Part shown: in pieces, positions 32,817 to 44,196 of the stretch
Numbering within the stretch: position 1 is the first letter of the stretch
How the letters are laid out: each line of letters starts with the position of its first letter
NCBI GenBank assembly: GCA_051306235.1
Contig: JBPPMV010000474.1
Coordinates: 1-50,994, forward strand
Source: Mycobacterium sp.
GTDB lineage: Bacteria; Actinomycetota; Actinomycetes; Mycobacteriales; Mycobacteriaceae
Reading direction: 5' to 3'
DNA length: 50,994 nt
Program-made: the position numbers and the translations under genes
The notes under the pieces: model-generated
Database searches by the model: none
What the model was told of the DNA's origin: nothing
The model's input: only the letters and a program-made list of their open reading frames with translations

Positions 32817-33737
32817 GTGTCGGACAGCTCGCCCCGCACGAAGGTGACGACGGTGCATGCCGCCGGGGCGGTGTTGTGGCGGGAGCACGCGGGACACCAT
32901 GAGGTGGCCATCGTGCACCGCCCACGCTATGACGACTGGTCCCTGCCCAAGGGCAAGGTCGATCCCGGAGAGGCCCACCCGGTCACCGCGGTCCGGGAGA
33001 TCAGTGAGGAGACCGGCTTTCAGAGCCGGCTCGGCCGCAGGCTCGCCGTGATCAGCTATCCGGTGGACGGCAGCATCAAGCGGGTCGTGTACTGGGCCGC
33101 CGGCGCCATCGACGGTGAGTTCAGCGCCAATGACGAGGTGGATCGGCTGCTCTGGCTGAGTCCGAAAGAGGCGATGAAGCGATTGCAGTATGCGCAGGAC
33201 CGGAAGGTGCTGCGACGCTTCACCAGAGCGCCGGCCGATACCCAGACCACGATCATCGTGCGGCACGCGCGGGCCGGCTCCAGGTCCAAGTACAAAGGTG
33301 AGGATTGCAAACGACCGCTGGACAAGCACGGTCGGGCGCAGGCGGAATCGCTGGTGGGCCAGCTGCTCGCCTTCGGCGCCAGTGAGCTGCACGCCGCGCC
33401 GCGAGTACGCTGTCAGCAGACTCTGGAGCCGTTGGCAGAAGAACTCGGCGTGGGCATCGACATCGAAACCGCCCTCACCGATGAGGCATACAGCGACGAC
33501 AAGAAGTCCGCTCGCAGCCGGGTTCTGGAGATCGCGTCCGGTTCAGCCGATACGACACCGGTCATCTGTACCCAGGGTGCGGTGATCCCCGATCTGATCG
33601 CCTGGTGGTGTGACCGCGACGGCGTACGCCCCGACAAGTCCCGTAACCGCAAGGCCAGCACCTGGGTGCTGTCATCGGCCGGGGGCACCCTGATCGCCGC
33701 CGACCACATCAGCAGTCCGTTGGCCATCCGGGACTGA
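32817..33737 (+). CDS. mutT1: Nudix hydrolase / histidine phosphatase MutT1
   Basis: Nudix box PKGKVDPGE...REISEETG plus C-terminal RHARA phosphatase domain. Confidence 0.92.
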   Translation: MSDSSPRTKVTTVHAAGAVLWREHAGHHEVAIVHRPRYDDWSLPKGKVDPGEAHPVTAVREISEETGFQSRLGRRLAVISYPVDGSIKRVVYWAAGAIDGEFSANDEVDRLLWLSPKEAMKRLQYAQDRKVLRRFTRAPADTQTTIIVRHARAGSRSKYKGEDCKRPLDKHGRAQAESLVGQLLAFGASELHAAPRVRCQQTLEPLAEELGVGIDIETALTDEAYSDDKKSARSRVLEIASGSADTTPVICTQGAVIPDLIAWWCDRDGVRPDKSRNRKASTWVLSSAGGTLIAADHISSPLAIRD

Positions 33738-33746
33738 CCCGCTACA

Positions 33747-33788
33747 CGCAAAAGCACCCCAAAACTGATGTTTTGGGGTGTTTTTGCG
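33747..33788. terminator. Bidirectional intrinsic terminator between convergent mutT1 and hupB
   Basis: CGCAAAAGCACCCCAAAAC-TGAT-GTTTTGGGGTGTTTTTGCG long hairpin. Confidence 0.85.
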
Positions 33789-33802
33789 GTATGAGCCGAG
33801 AA

Positions 33803-34366
<564 letters not shown>

Positions 34367-34570
34367 GCAAACCCTCCGAAGTCCAGTGGTCCACTTTGGA
34401 CCGACTAGAGGACACGGTAAACCCATTAGGCGCATATTTCCAAGAGCCACGCGCAGTTTCATGCGTAGCTGACGATTATTTTCTAATCCGGTTGGCCCAC
34501 TTGGACAGTGGTACCGGCGTCCGAGAATGGGGTTGCCGGGCCATAATTGGGGGGCCCGGATGCGCCCGAA

Positions 34571-35164
34571 TCAGGCCGGGAGCGTCCGCGGTTTGAAGCT
34601 CGGACGACTCTGCTCGAAAGCTTCGATGTCATCCTGTTTGCGCAGCGTAAGGCCTATATCGTCGAGTCCCTCGAGCAGGCGCCAGGCGGTGTAGTCATCA
34701 ATCGTGAACGGCAGCAGGACCGTTCCGGCGGCGATGGTCCGATCTTGAAGATTCACAGTAATTTCCAAGCCCGGATTTTGCTCGATCAGCTTCCAGAGAA
34801 GTTCGACATCGTCATGAGTGACTTCGGCCGCAACCAGACCCGCTTTGCCCGCATTGCCCCGAAAGATATCGGCGAACCGCGGTGAGATGACGACTCGGAA
34901 GCCGTAGTCCATCAGCGCCCAGACGGCGTGTTCGCGCGAGGATCCGGTGCCGAAATCGGGGCCAGCCACCAATACCGACCCTTTATCGAAGGGCGCCAGA
35001 TTCAAGATGAAGGCCGGATCATTGCGCCATGCCGAGAACAGACCGTCCTCGAAACCCGTTCGGGTGACCCGCTTCAAATAGACGGCTGGAATGATCTGAT
35101 CGGTGTCGACATTGGAGCGGCGCAGCGGGACGCCGATTCCGGTGTGGGTGCGAAAAGCCTGCAT
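34571..35164 (-). CDS. leuD: 3-isopropylmalate dehydratase small subunit
   Basis: [19 protein letters not shown] and FADIF. Confidence 0.97.
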   Translation of the reverse strand: MQAFRTHTGIGVPLRRSNVDTDQIIPAVYLKRVTRTGFEDGLFSAWRNDPAFILNLAPFDKGSVLVAGPDFGTGSSREHAVWALMDYGFRVVISPRFADIFRGNAGKAGLVAAEVTHDDVELLWKLIEQNPGLEITVNLQDRTIAAGTVLLPFTIDDYTAWRLLEGLDDIGLTLRKQDDIEAFEQSRPSFKPRTLPA

Positions 35165-35223
35165 GTCCTACTACTCCTGGTATTTCGGGGGGCCTGCGTT
35201 TCGACGGGCCCGGTATTCGGGGG

Positions 35224-36675
35224 CTAGCGGCCGGCGGTGACGGGTTCGAGATCGGCGGGGGAAGACAGCGTGCCGCGCACCGCGGTGGCGGCGGCGACGG
35301 CGGGTGACACCAGATGAGTGCGCCCGCCCTTGCCCTGTCGGCCTTCGAAATTGCGGTTCGAGGTCGATGCGCAGCGCTCACCGGGAGCGAGCTGATCGGG
35401 GTTCATCCCCAGACACATGGAGCAGCCGGCCTGGCGCCATTCCGCGCCGGCGGCCGTGAAGATCGCTCCCAGGCCCTCGGATTCGGCCTGCTGACGCACC
35501 CGCATCGAGCCGGGCACCACCAGCATCCGCACCCCGTCGGCCAGTGTGCGGCCGTCCAGGATCTCGGCGACCACCCGCAGATCCTCGATGCGCCCGTTGG
35601 TGCAGGACCCGACGAACACCGTGTTCACCGGAATATCGCGCATCGGGGTACCGGCGCGAAGATCCATATAGGTCAACGCTTTCTCCGCCGCCTGCCGCGC
35701 GTCATCGTCGTGCATCATCTCGGGGTCGGGCACCGCCCCCGAGAGCGGCACACCCTGGCCGGGGTTGGTCCCCCAGGTGACGAATGGGCTCAGCGTCGCG
35801 GCGTCGATGTAGACCTCGGTGTCGAATTCGGCACCCTCGTCGGTGCGCAACTGGCTCCAGGCCTGCACCGCGGCATCCCAATCGGCGCCGGTCGGCGCGT
35901 GCGGACGCCCCTTGAGGAACTCGAACGTGGTGGCATCCGGTGCCACCATGCCGGCCCGGGCACCGGCCTCGATGCTCATATTGCAGACCGTCATCCGGCC
36001 CTCCATGGACAACGATTCGATGGCGCTGCCCCGGTATTCGATGACGTGGCCCTGCCCGCCGCCGGTCCCGATCTTGGCGATGACCGCCAGAATGATGTCC
36101 TTGGCGCTGACCCCGTCCGGCAATTCACCGTCGACATTGATCGCCATCGTCTTGAAGGGTTTGAGCGAAAGCGTCTGGGTCGCCATCACATGCTCGACCT
36201 CGGACGTGCCGATTCCCATCGCGATCGACCCGAACGCACCGTGGGTCGAGGTGTGGCTGTCACCGCAGACCACCGTCATACCCGGCTGGGTCAGCCCCAG
36301 CTGCGGCCCGATGATGTGAACGATGCCCTGCTCGGCATCGCCCATCCGGTGCAGTCGGATTCCGAATTCCGCGCAGTTGCGGCGCAGGGTGTCCACCTGG
36401 GTGCGCGACACCGGATCGGCGATCGGCTTGTCGATGTCGACGGTCGGAACATTGTGATCCTCGGTGGCGATCGTGAGATCGGGCCGACGCACCGGGCGCC
36501 CGGCCAGACGCAGTCCGTCGAAGGCCTGCGGACTGGTGACCTCATGCACGAGGTGCAGATCGATGTAGATCAGATCGGGTTCCCTGGCTTTGCCTTCACC
36601 GGGGCCATAGGACACGACGTGCTCGTCCCACACCTTCTCCGCCAGAGTTCTGGGCTTGAACTGCTCCATGGGCAT
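35224..36675 (-). CDS. leuC: 3-isopropylmalate dehydratase large subunit
   Basis: [29 protein letters not shown] and [12 protein letters not shown]. Confidence 0.97.
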   Translation of the reverse strand: MPMEQFKPRTLAEKVWDEHVVSYGPGEGKAREPDLIYIDLHLVHEVTSPQAFDGLRLAGRPVRRPDLTIATEDHNVPTVDIDKPIADPVSRTQVDTLRRNCAEFGIRLHRMGDAEQGIVHIIGPQLGLTQPGMTVVCGDSHTSTHGAFGSIAMGIGTSEVEHVMATQTLSLKPFKTMAINVDGELPDGVSAKDIILAVIAKIGTGGGQGHVIEYRGSAIESLSMEGRMTVCNMSIEAGARAGMVAPDATTFEFLKGRPHAPTGADWDAAVQAWSQLRTDEGAEFDTEVYIDAATLSPFVTWGTNPGQGVPLSGAVPDPEMMHDDDARQAAEKALTYMDLRAGTPMRDIPVNTVFVGSCTNGRIEDLRVVAEILDGRTLADGVRMLVVPGSMRVRQQAESEGLGAIFTAAGAEWRQAGCSMCLGMNPDQLAPGERCASTSNRNFEGRQGKGGRTHLVSPAVAAATAVRGTLSSPADLEPVTAGR

Positions 36676-36715
36676 CTCGATTCGACTCGGGCGTCCTGCC
36701 GTGACGGGCTGGCTA

Positions 36716-36730
36716 TCTCACGATGCGGGA
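36716..36730. promoter_or_regulatory. Imperfect palindrome TCTCACGATGCGGGA; probable operator of the adjacent IclR regulator
   Basis: Lies between divergent leuC and IclR, just upstream of the TAGTAT -10 (36734-36739); a 12/15 copy lies at 42782-42796. Confidence 0.6.
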
Positions 36731-36745
36731 CGCTAGTATCTCCCT

Positions 36746-37447
36746 GTGAGACAGGATAGCGGTATCGGCGTCCTCGACAAAGCGGTGGGCGTCCTGCATA
36801 CGGTGGCCGAGTCACCGTGTGGTCTGGCCGAATTGTGCGAGCGCACCGGGCTACCCCGGGCCACCGCACACCGGCTGGCCGCAGGCCTGGAGGTGCACCG
36901 CCTGCTCGCCCGCGACAACGAGGGTCGTTGGCGGCTGGGGCCCGCGCTGACCGAACTGGCCGGGCAGGTCAACGATCCGCTGTTGGCCGCCGGTGCGGTG
37001 GTGCTGCCGCGATTGCGTGAACTCACCGGGGAGAGCGTCCAGCTCTACCGCCGAGAGGGCACCGCGCGGGTGTGCGTGGCATCACTGGAGCCCCCCGTCG
37101 GGCTGCGCGATACCGTCCCCGTCGGCACCCGGCTGCCGATGACGGCCGGTTCCGGCGCCAAAGTGCTACTGGCCTACAGCGATAGCGCCACCCAACAGTC
37201 GGTGCTCCCGACGGCGAAGTTCACCGAACGCACCCTGGCCGAGGTGCGCAAACGGGGCTGGGCGCAGAGTGCGGCCGAACGCGAATCCGGGGTCGCCAGT
37301 GTGTCGGCCCCGGTGCGCGACGGCCGTGGCGCGGTGATCGCCGCGGTGTCGGTGTCGGGCCCGATCGACCGGATGGGCCGACGGCCAGGAGCCCGCTGGG
37401 CTGCTGACCTGCTGGCGGCATCTGAAGCGCTGACCCGGCGCCTCTAG
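36746..37447 (+). CDS. IclR family regulator (Rv2989/NdgR/LtbR-like)
   Basis: SGIGVLDKA, GLPRATAHRL HTH, TGESVQL and SVSAPV; divergent from leuC. Confidence 0.93.
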   Translation: MRQDSGIGVLDKAVGVLHTVAESPCGLAELCERTGLPRATAHRLAAGLEVHRLLARDNEGRWRLGPALTELAGQVNDPLLAAGAVVLPRLRELTGESVQLYRREGTARVCVASLEPPVGLRDTVPVGTRLPMTAGSGAKVLLAYSDSATQQSVLPTAKFTERTLAEVRKRGWAQSAAERESGVASVSAPVRDGRGAVIAAVSVSGPIDRMGRRPGARWAADLLAASEALTRRL

Positions 37448-37538
37448 CAAACATCCTGTCCTGGCCCTATCCTCATAGCCAAGAGCGCATCCGCGCTGGC
37501 CGGGGGTACTGACCACGAGTTCTCAATCGCCGCAATGG

Positions 37539-38822
37539 TTGGCCACCGCACGAATGTTGCGGAGGTCCGGTTTTGGCACCACCGGAACCGAAGTCGATTC
37601 CGTGGTCCAACGGGACTGGTCGGCCTATCTGGACGAGGCGCTGGGAGCGAACCCGGACGCAGATCCCGGAGCCGTCGCCACTCCGATGGGCTCCTACTCG
37701 ACCCCCGCGCTGCCCGCGAGCGAAGCCACCACAGCGCCCTTTGTGAGCAGCATGCTGGCCCAGATGCAGGACCTGTCCGGCTGGTGGATACGTCGGATGG
37801 TCGCCGTGCGCCAACCGATCCACGAGAAGTTGACCTTTGCCTGGCACAACCATTTCGCCACCTCGGCCGAGAAAGTGGTCGCCGCGGAATTCATGGCGGC
37901 CCAGAACCAGACCCTGCGCACGCACGCCCTCGGCGACTTCCGCGATCTGGCCTACGCCATGCTGACCGACTCCGCGATGCTGCGCTGGCTCGATGGTCTA
38001 GGCAATACCAAAGAGGCGCCGAACGAGAACCTCTCCCGGGAGTTCATGGAACTCTTCGCCCTCGGCCATGACCACGGCTACACCGAAGCCGATGTGCGCG
38101 AGGGAGCGCGGGCACTCACCGGTCGATTCGCCACCCTCGGGAGCGGAACCACCTTGTTGGCAGCGCATCACGACAGCGGTTCCAAGACGGTTCTCGGCGT
38201 CACCGGCCCACTCGGAGACACCGAATTCTGCGATATCGTCCTGGCCCACCCCGCCTCGGCACGCTTCGTGAGCACGAAACTGTGGCGCCTGTTGGCCTCC
38301 GACACGAACCCCGGCCAGGCCGCCTCGGACCGACTGGTCGCCGCCTACGGCCCGAACCGGGATCTGAAAGCCTTAACCAAGGCCATCTTTCTGGACCCCG
38401 ACTTCACCGCCGCTGCCGGTACCGCGGTCGTCACACCCGTGGATTGGCTCGTCGGGATGCTGCGTTCGTTATCGGTGCCACTCGACGGCCCGGACACGCT
38501 GACCGCCTGCGATGTCGTACTCAAGGTGATGGGCCAGCGCCCCTTCTCGCCACCGGATGTCGACGGATGGCCGCAGGGCCGGGTGTGGCTGTCCAATACG
38601 AGTGCGGCCGCGCGGGTCTGGGCGGCCGACCGATTCGTCACAAGGGGTGACCTCTCGCCGGTGGCCGACGCCTCCCCCGTCGACCGTGTCGATGCCGCGG
38701 GCTACCTGCTCGGGATCGGCGCCTGGTCCGACACGACCGCCGGGGCGCTCACACCGCTGGCCGGCGATCCGGAGCGCCTGCTCACCGCCGCGGTCAACAC
38801 ACCCGAATATCTGACGGTGTAG
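37539..38822 (+). CDS. DUF1800 family protein
   Basis: RRSGFG, WW.RRM, EKLTFAWHNHFATS, M..WLD, PNENLSREFMELFALG, YTE.DV and PPDVDGW. The start codon is uncertain. Confidence 0.85.
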   Translation: MATARMLRRSGFGTTGTEVDSVVQRDWSAYLDEALGANPDADPGAVATPMGSYSTPALPASEATTAPFVSSMLAQMQDLSGWWIRRMVAVRQPIHEKLTFAWHNHFATSAEKVVAAEFMAAQNQTLRTHALGDFRDLAYAMLTDSAMLRWLDGLGNTKEAPNENLSREFMELFALGHDHGYTEADVREGARALTGRFATLGSGTTLLAAHHDSGSKTVLGVTGPLGDTEFCDIVLAHPASARFVSTKLWRLLASDTNPGQAASDRLVAAYGPNRDLKALTKAIFLDPDFTAAAGTAVVTPVDWLVGMLRSLSVPLDGPDTLTACDVVLKVMGQRPFSPPDVDGWPQGRVWLSNTSAAARVWAADRFVTRGDLSPVADASPVDRVDAAGYLLGIGAWSDTTAGALTPLAGDPERLLTAAVNTPEYLTV

Positions 38823-38831
38823 AGGACGAGC

Positions 38832-40037
38832 ATGCCGGATATCAATCGCCGCAGATTCCTGATCGCCAGCGCGGGGGCCGCAGGCCTGGCCGCGGCCGCC
38901 GGCGCGGCCGTCGCCCTGCCCCAGATGTTCGAGCGGGCCCAGCAACAGCCGTTGCCCGCCGACGCCGGGATCCTGGTGATCATCACCCTCTACGGCGGGA
39001 ATGACGGTCTCAACACCGTGATTCCGTTCACCGACAACGCCTACTACGACGCGCGTCCCGATCTGGCGTTCGCACCGGAGACCGTTCTCGATCTCGACGG
39101 TGAGGTCGGACTCAATCCTGCGCTGACCGGTCTGGCGACAGCGTGGCGCAACGACAACCTGGCCATCATCCGCGGGGTCGGCTACCCGAAACAGGATCGA
39201 AGTCACTTCCGCTCCATGGACATCTGGCAGTCGGCCTCCCCCGAGGATCCCACCGCAACCGGGTGGATCGGCCGTTGGCTGGACGCGGGCGGGGACGATC
39301 CGCTGCGCGCCGTGAACATCGGGACGGTGCTTCCGCCGATGGCCATTGGTCAAAAGCACACCGCCGCCGGGCTTTCCGCGACCATCCCGAGGATGCCCGA
39401 GGGTATCCCCGTCGTCCTGGACGCGATGAGCGCACCCGATGAACACGACACCCCCGCCATGGCGGCCGTCCGCGCCGACTACCGGGCCTACCGGAGGACC
39501 GATGACACCTTCCGCACCTTCACCGACAGTCCGCTGCCGCCGACCGCGGCCACCGATATCGCCAAGCAGCTGGCCGACGATCTGGAACTTGTGGCCCAGT
39601 GCGTGCGGGCCGGGGTTCCCACCAAGGTGTACATGGTCTCGCTCGGCGGTTTCGACACCCACGCCAACGAGCGCGGCGACCAACAGCACCTGCTGACAGC
39701 TCTCAACGATGCCATCACGCCGTTCCTCAAGCAGATGCGCAACAGTGCCTACGGCAGGCATGTGGTGACCATGATCTATTCGGAGTTCGGCAGGCGCGTG
39801 GCCGCCAACGCGACTCAGGGCACCGACCACGGCACCTCGGGGCCGGTGTTGGTGATCGGCGAGTCAATCCGGGGCGGGTTCTACGGTGACGCGCCGAGCC
39901 TGACCGACCTTCGCGACGGCGATCTCAAGACGACGACCGATTTTCGTGACGTCTACCACGAACTGCTCGGACAGACGCTTCGCACCGACCCGGAGCCGTC
40001 TGTCGGACCCGGACGGCGCGATATCGGCTTTCTGTAA
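38832..40037 (+). CDS. DUF1501 family protein with Tat signal
   Basis: INRRRFL twin-arginine motif; GGNDGLN, RSHF, GWIGR, GGFDTH, SEFGRR, GTDHG and DFR motifs. Confidence 0.88.
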   Translation: MPDINRRRFLIASAGAAGLAAAAGAAVALPQMFERAQQQPLPADAGILVIITLYGGNDGLNTVIPFTDNAYYDARPDLAFAPETVLDLDGEVGLNPALTGLATAWRNDNLAIIRGVGYPKQDRSHFRSMDIWQSASPEDPTATGWIGRWLDAGGDDPLRAVNIGTVLPPMAIGQKHTAAGLSATIPRMPEGIPVVLDAMSAPDEHDTPAMAAVRADYRAYRRTDDTFRTFTDSPLPPTAATDIAKQLADDLELVAQCVRAGVPTKVYMVSLGGFDTHANERGDQQHLLTALNDAITPFLKQMRNSAYGRHVVTMIYSEFGRRVAANATQGTDHGTSGPVLVIGESIRGGFYGDAPSLTDLRDGDLKTTTDFRDVYHELLGQTLRTDPEPSVGPGRRDIGFL

Positions 40038-40057
40038 TCCGGCAAGGACACACAAAA

Positions 40058-40085
40058 GAAGTCCCAGGATTTCTCCTGGGACTTC
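40058..40085 (-). terminator. Intrinsic terminator downstream of tRNA-Glu
   Basis: Minus strand GAAGTCCCAGGA-GAAA-TCCTGGGACTTC followed by TTTTG. Confidence 0.85.
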
Positions 40086-40090
40086 GCTTG

Positions 40091-40163
40091 TACCCCCGAT
40101 GGGATTCGAACCCACGCTACCGCCGTGAGAGGGCGGCGTCCTAGGCCGCTAGACGACGGGGGC
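40091..40163 (-). tRNA. tRNA-Glu (CTC)
   Basis: GCCCCCGTCGTCTAGCGGCCTAGGACGCCGCCCT-CTC-ACGGCGGTAGCGTGGGTTCGAATCCCATCGGGGGTA; CCA not encoded. Confidence 0.97.
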
Positions 40164-40224
40164 TTAGAACTTCCGGTGAGCCAGCATAGCTCAGGAGCGT
40201 ATGCAGACCTAATCATCAGAACCG

Positions 40225-40296
40225 CTGGGGTACCAGGACTCGAACCTAGAATGAGGGAATCAGAATCCCTAGTGTTGCCAATTACACCATACCCCA
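40225..40296 (-). tRNA. tRNA-Gln (CTG)
   Basis: TGGGGTATGGTGTAATTGGCAACACTAGGGATT-CTG-ATTCCCTCATTCTAGGTTCGAGTCCTGGTACCCCAG; CCA not encoded. Confidence 0.97.
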
Positions 40297-40412
40297 TTTG
40301 ATACCCATCACCGCAGGTCAGGGCATCATTTAACCCAATCAGCGCTCCGGAGGGATGCTCCGGTGTGCTTTTCGGGCCGACGAGCAGACTATCAAAGATT
40401 CGGACCCACTTT

Positions 40413-41876
40413 TCACACCCGGTCCCTCGTGGCGCGCAACCGGGCCAGGCTGCGCTCGCGGCCGAGCAGTTCCATCGACTCGAACAGCGGCGGGCTGATG
40501 CTCGCTCCGGTGACGGCCACCCGGATAGGACCGAAGGCCTTACGCGGTTTGAGCTCCAGACCGTCCAGCAGCGCCGTCTTCAGCGCGGCCTCGATCGACT
40601 CCGTCGACCACTCGGATCCGTCACCGAGGGCCTGCAGGGCACCCAGTGCCGCATCGAGCACCGGCGCCGCCTCGGGCTTGAGTTCCTTGGCCGCCGACTT
40701 CTCGTCGAGAACATAGGAGTCATCGTCGAAGAACTTCAACAGATCCCACGCATCCCCGAGCACCACGATGCGGGTCTGCACCAGGGCGGCGGCCTCCGCG
40801 AAGCCGGCGTCGTCGAGGTTGGTGTCATGCCCGTGCGCGTCCAGGTAGGCCCGCAGCCGCACCGTGAAATCCTCGGGAGCCAGCAGCCGAATGTGCTCGG
40901 CGTTGATGGCGTCGGCCTTCTTCTGGTCGAACCGGGCCGGATTGGAGTTGACGTTGACGACGTCGAAAGCGGCCACCATCTCATCGAGGCTGAACAGATC
41001 GTGATCATCGGCGATCCCCCAGCCCAGCAGCGCCAGGTAGTTGAGCAGCCCCTCCGGGATGAATCCGCGGTCGCGGTGCAGGAACAGGTTGGACTGCGGG
41101 TCGCGCTTGGACAGCTTCTTGTTGCCGTCGCCGAGAACGCTTGGCAGGTGCCCGAATTCCGGGATGCTGTCGGTGACGCCCACCCGGATCAGCGCCTGAT
41201 AGAGCGCGATCTGTCGCGGGGTCGACGGCAGCAGGTCCTCCCCGCGCAGCACGTGGGTGATCCTCATCAGCGCGTCGTCGACCGGATTGACCAAGGTGTA
41301 CAGCGGATCTCCGCTGGCGCGGGTGATGGCGAAATCGGGCACCACCCCGGCGGCGAAGGTGGTCGGGCCGCGCACCAGATCGGTCCAGGACAGGTCCTCG
41401 TCGGGCATCCGTAGCCGCAGTACCGGTTTGCGCCCCTCGGCGGTGAAGGCCGCCCGCTGCTCATCGGTGAGATCGCGGTCGTGATTGTCGTAGCCGAGTT
41501 TGGGGTTGCGCCCGGCCGCGATGTGGCGGGCCTCCACCTCGTCGGGCGTGGAATACGCCTCGTACACCTCGCCGGCGGCAAGCAGTTTGGCGATCACATC
41601 GCGGTAGAGTTCGGAGCGCTGCGACTGCCGGTAGGGCTCGAACGGGCCGCCGATCTCGGGGCCCTCATCCCAGTCCAGGCCGAGCCAGCGCAACGCATCC
41701 AGGATCGCCTCGTAGCTCTCCTGGCTGTCCCGGGCGGCGTCGGTGTCCTCGATGCGGAAGACGAAGGCGCCGCCGGTATGCCGCGCGTAGGCCCAGTTGA
41801 ACAGCGCGGTGCGCACCAGCCCGACGTGCGGGGTGCCCGTCGGCGAGGGGCAGAAACGAACTCTGACATCGGACAT
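40413..41876 (-). CDS. gltX: Glutamate--tRNA ligase
   Basis: [24 protein letters not shown] and KKLSKR. Confidence 0.97.
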   Translation of the reverse strand: MSDVRVRFCPSPTGTPHVGLVRTALFNWAYARHTGGAFVFRIEDTDAARDSQESYEAILDALRWLGLDWDEGPEIGGPFEPYRQSQRSELYRDVIAKLLAAGEVYEAYSTPDEVEARHIAAGRNPKLGYDNHDRDLTDEQRAAFTAEGRKPVLRLRMPDEDLSWTDLVRGPTTFAAGVVPDFAITRASGDPLYTLVNPVDDALMRITHVLRGEDLLPSTPRQIALYQALIRVGVTDSIPEFGHLPSVLGDGNKKLSKRDPQSNLFLHRDRGFIPEGLLNYLALLGWGIADDHDLFSLDEMVAAFDVVNVNSNPARFDQKKADAINAEHIRLLAPEDFTVRLRAYLDAHGHDTNLDDAGFAEAAALVQTRIVVLGDAWDLLKFFDDDSYVLDEKSAAKELKPEAAPVLDAALGALQALGDGSEWSTESIEAALKTALLDGLELKPRKAFGPIRVAVTGASISPPLFESMELLGRERSLARLRATRDRV

Positions 41877-41885
41877 GGGTACCCT

Positions 41886-42698
41886 CTACTTCTGCTTGCG
41901 CACAACAGGATTGGAGAGGGTGCCGATACCCTCGATGGTGATGCTGACGATATCGCCGTCCTCGATCGGACCGACTCCCTCCGGCGTCCCGGTGAGGATG
42001 AGATCTCCGGGCAGCAGGGTCATGACCGCCGAGACCCATTCGATGATCTCGCCCACACCGTGCAGCAGCAATGCGGTGTTGCTGTCCTGACGGACCTCGA
42101 TCTCGCCGACCGAACCGTCCTCGGTCGGGTGGATGACCTCGGTGCGCAGGTCCAGATCGGACGGGTCGACGGCCGTCTCGATCCAGGGGCCGACGGGGCA
42201 GAAGGTGTCATGTCCCTTGGCCCGCATCCACTGGCCGTCGTGCTGTTGCTGATCACGCGCGGAAACATCGTTGGCGATGGTGTAGCCGAGGATGTAATCG
42301 GAGGCCTTGCCCGCGGGCACATCCTTGCAAGGCCGTTCGATGACGACCACCAGCTCGCCCTCGTGGTGGACCGGGTGCGCGTCGGCGGGCAGCTGGATGG
42401 CCACATTGGGGCCGATGATCGCGGTGTTGGGCTTGAGGAAGATCACCGGATCTTCTGGCGCCTCGCCCCCCATCTCCAAAGCGTGCGCGGCGTAGTTCTT
42501 GCCCATGCAGACCACCTTGCTGGCCAGGATGGGCGCCAGCAGCCGCACATCGGCCAGTGGCCAGCTGCGACCGGTGAAGGTGGGATTGCGCGACAGATAC
42601 TGTTCGGCGATCTCGCGGCAGACCGCATCGGAGTTCGAGTCGCCTTCGATGACCACGAAGGCGACCCCGTCAGGACTGGCGATTCGACCGAGGCGCAT
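41886..42698 (-). CDS. Fumarylacetoacetate hydrolase family protein
   Basis: GKNYAAH, HHEGEL, NDVSARD, KGHDTF and GDLILTGTP. Confidence 0.93.
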   Translation of the reverse strand: MRLGRIASPDGVAFVVIEGDSNSDAVCREIAEQYLSRNPTFTGRSWPLADVRLLAPILASKVVCMGKNYAAHALEMGGEAPEDPVIFLKPNTAIIGPNVAIQLPADAHPVHHEGELVVVIERPCKDVPAGKASDYILGYTIANDVSARDQQQHDGQWMRAKGHDTFCPVGPWIETAVDPSDLDLRTEVIHPTEDGSVGEIEVRQDSNTALLLHGVGEIIEWVSAVMTLLPGDLILTGTPEGVGPIEDGDIVSITIEGIGTLSNPVVRKQK

Positions 42699-42781
42699 TC
42701 GCCCAGCCTAGTGAGGTCTCACGGCCGGGCACACGGGACCCATACGCCGTCGCGCCGACGTTCGGACACCTCGCCTTTGCC

Positions 42782-42817
42782 TCCCATATCATGAGATACA
42801 AGTTCAATATTTTGGGA
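42782..42817. promoter_or_regulatory. Two tandem IclR-type palindromic sites upstream of the MFS gene
   Basis: TCCCATATCATGAGA (reverse complement TCTCATGATATGGGA, 12/15 to the leuC site) and the weaker TTCAATATTTTGGGA. Confidence 0.55.
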
Positions 42818-42838
42818 CGGCCATGGCACGATGGCGTC

Positions 42839-44041
42839 ATGTCGACGGCCTCGATCAGCACCGCACGCCGCTGGTCGATGCTGGTGATCGCGCTCACCGC
42901 GACCACCTGCGCCAACGTCTTCATCAACGGCGCGGCCTTCCTCATTCCCACTCTGCACACCGAGCGCGGTATCGATCTCGCCGCCGCCGGACTGCTCTCG
43001 GCCATGCCCAGTTTCGGCATGGTGCTGACGCTGATCGCCTGGGGTTGGCTGGTCGACCGCGTCGGCGAACGGATCGTGCTGACCGTCGGCTCGGCACTCA
43101 CCGCGGCGTTCGCCTTCGGCGCCGCATCGGTGCAGTCACTGTGGGCGGTCGGGGCGTTCCTGCTGCTCGGCGGAATGGCCGCGGCCAGTAGCAATTCCGC
43201 GAGCGGTCGCGTGGTGGTCGGCTGGTTCCCGCCGGAACAGCGCGCCCTCGCGATGGGCATCCGCCAGACCGCCACTCCGCTGGGTGTGGGCCTGGGCGCG
43301 TTGGTGATTCCGCGGGTCGCCGAGAGCCATGGCGTGGGAACCGCTCTGCTGTTCCCGGCGGCGGTGTGCGTGGTGTCGGCCGTCATCTGCGCGATCGGCG
43401 TACTGGACCCGCCGCGGCCGCCCCGGGCGGAGGCACCGCCGGAGGACCTGGCCAATCCGTACCGCGGATCGTCCGTGCTGGCCCGCATCCACGCGGTCTC
43501 GGTGCTGCTGGTCATCCCCCAGGGTTTCGTGTGGACCTTCATGCTGGTGTGGCTGATGACCGAGCGCGGATGGTCGGCCGCGTCGGCGGGCCTGCTCGTC
43601 ACCGCGTCTCAGGTCCTGGGCGCTGCCGGCCGGATAGCGGCGGGCCGGTGGTCCGATGTGCTGGGCCTGCGACTGCGGCCCATCCGGTACATCGCCGCGG
43701 CCGCCTCGGCGACGATGGCATTACTCGCCGTCACCGATGCGCTGGGTTCTCCGGTCAGCGTCGCGCTGATCGTCATCGCCTCGGTGGTGACGGTGTCCGA
43801 CAACGGTTTGGCCTTCACCGCCATCGCCGAGATCGCCGGCCCGTTCTGGAGTGGGCGTGCACTGGGCACCCAGAACACCAGCCAGCATCTGGCCACCGCG
43901 ATCGGATCCCCACTGTTCGGCGGGCTCATCGCCATCGCAGGTTTCCCGGTGGCGTTCGCGGTGTGCGCACTGTTCCCGGCGGCGGCGATATCCCTGGTAC
44001 CCGCCGATCCAGAGCGCGATGCCGTCCCGCACGTGAAATAA
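42839..44041 (+). CDS. MFS transporter (Rv2994-like)
   Basis: About 12 TM segments; motif A GWLVDRVGER and GRWSD. Confidence 0.92.
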   Translation: MSTASISTARRWSMLVIALTATTCANVFINGAAFLIPTLHTERGIDLAAAGLLSAMPSFGMVLTLIAWGWLVDRVGERIVLTVGSALTAAFAFGAASVQSLWAVGAFLLLGGMAAASSNSASGRVVVGWFPPEQRALAMGIRQTATPLGVGLGALVIPRVAESHGVGTALLFPAAVCVVSAVICAIGVLDPPRPPRAEAPPEDLANPYRGSSVLARIHAVSVLLVIPQGFVWTFMLVWLMTERGWSAASAGLLVTASQVLGAAGRIAAGRWSDVLGLRLRPIRYIAAAASATMALLAVTDALGSPVSVALIVIASVVTVSDNGLAFTAIAEIAGPFWSGRALGTQNTSQHLATAIGSPLFGGLIAIAGFPVAFAVCALFPAAAISLVPADPERDAVPHVK

Positions 44042-44116
44042 CGGACCCGCGCACGACTTTCAGCCGCACATCTGCTCGAACCGCCGCGCCGGCCGCCCCA
44101 TCCACCTGGGGTCGAT

Positions 44117-44135
44117 CGAGGTTAGCCTAACCTTA
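44117..44135. promoter_or_regulatory. IdeR/DtxR iron box
   Basis: CGAGGTTAGCCTAACCTTA matches 17/19 of the consensus TWAGGTWAGSCTWACCTWA and contains a TAACCT -10-like hexamer ~60 nt upstream of the acyltransferase. Confidence 0.8.
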
Positions 44136-44196
44136 CTGTTACGCTCCCCGACAGGAACCGCACAGGTGGTTCACAGAGTGAGCAGGGGCAGGGCGG

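Noticed and set aside
35165-35223. Short repeat (GGTATT(T)CGGGGG twice) and weak hairpin between leuC and leuD
   Set aside because: Too short and imperfect to call as an attenuator or repeat element; no Leu-rich leader peptide seen.
37448-40090. Possible tRNA-integrated island (DUF1800/DUF1501 at the tRNA-Glu 3' end)
   Set aside because: No integrase and no duplicated tRNA 3' fragment at the distal boundary; the tRNA terminator is intact.
40164-40297. Small ORFs spanning the tRNA region (e.g. 39953-40297)
   Set aside because: They are translations of tRNA sequence.
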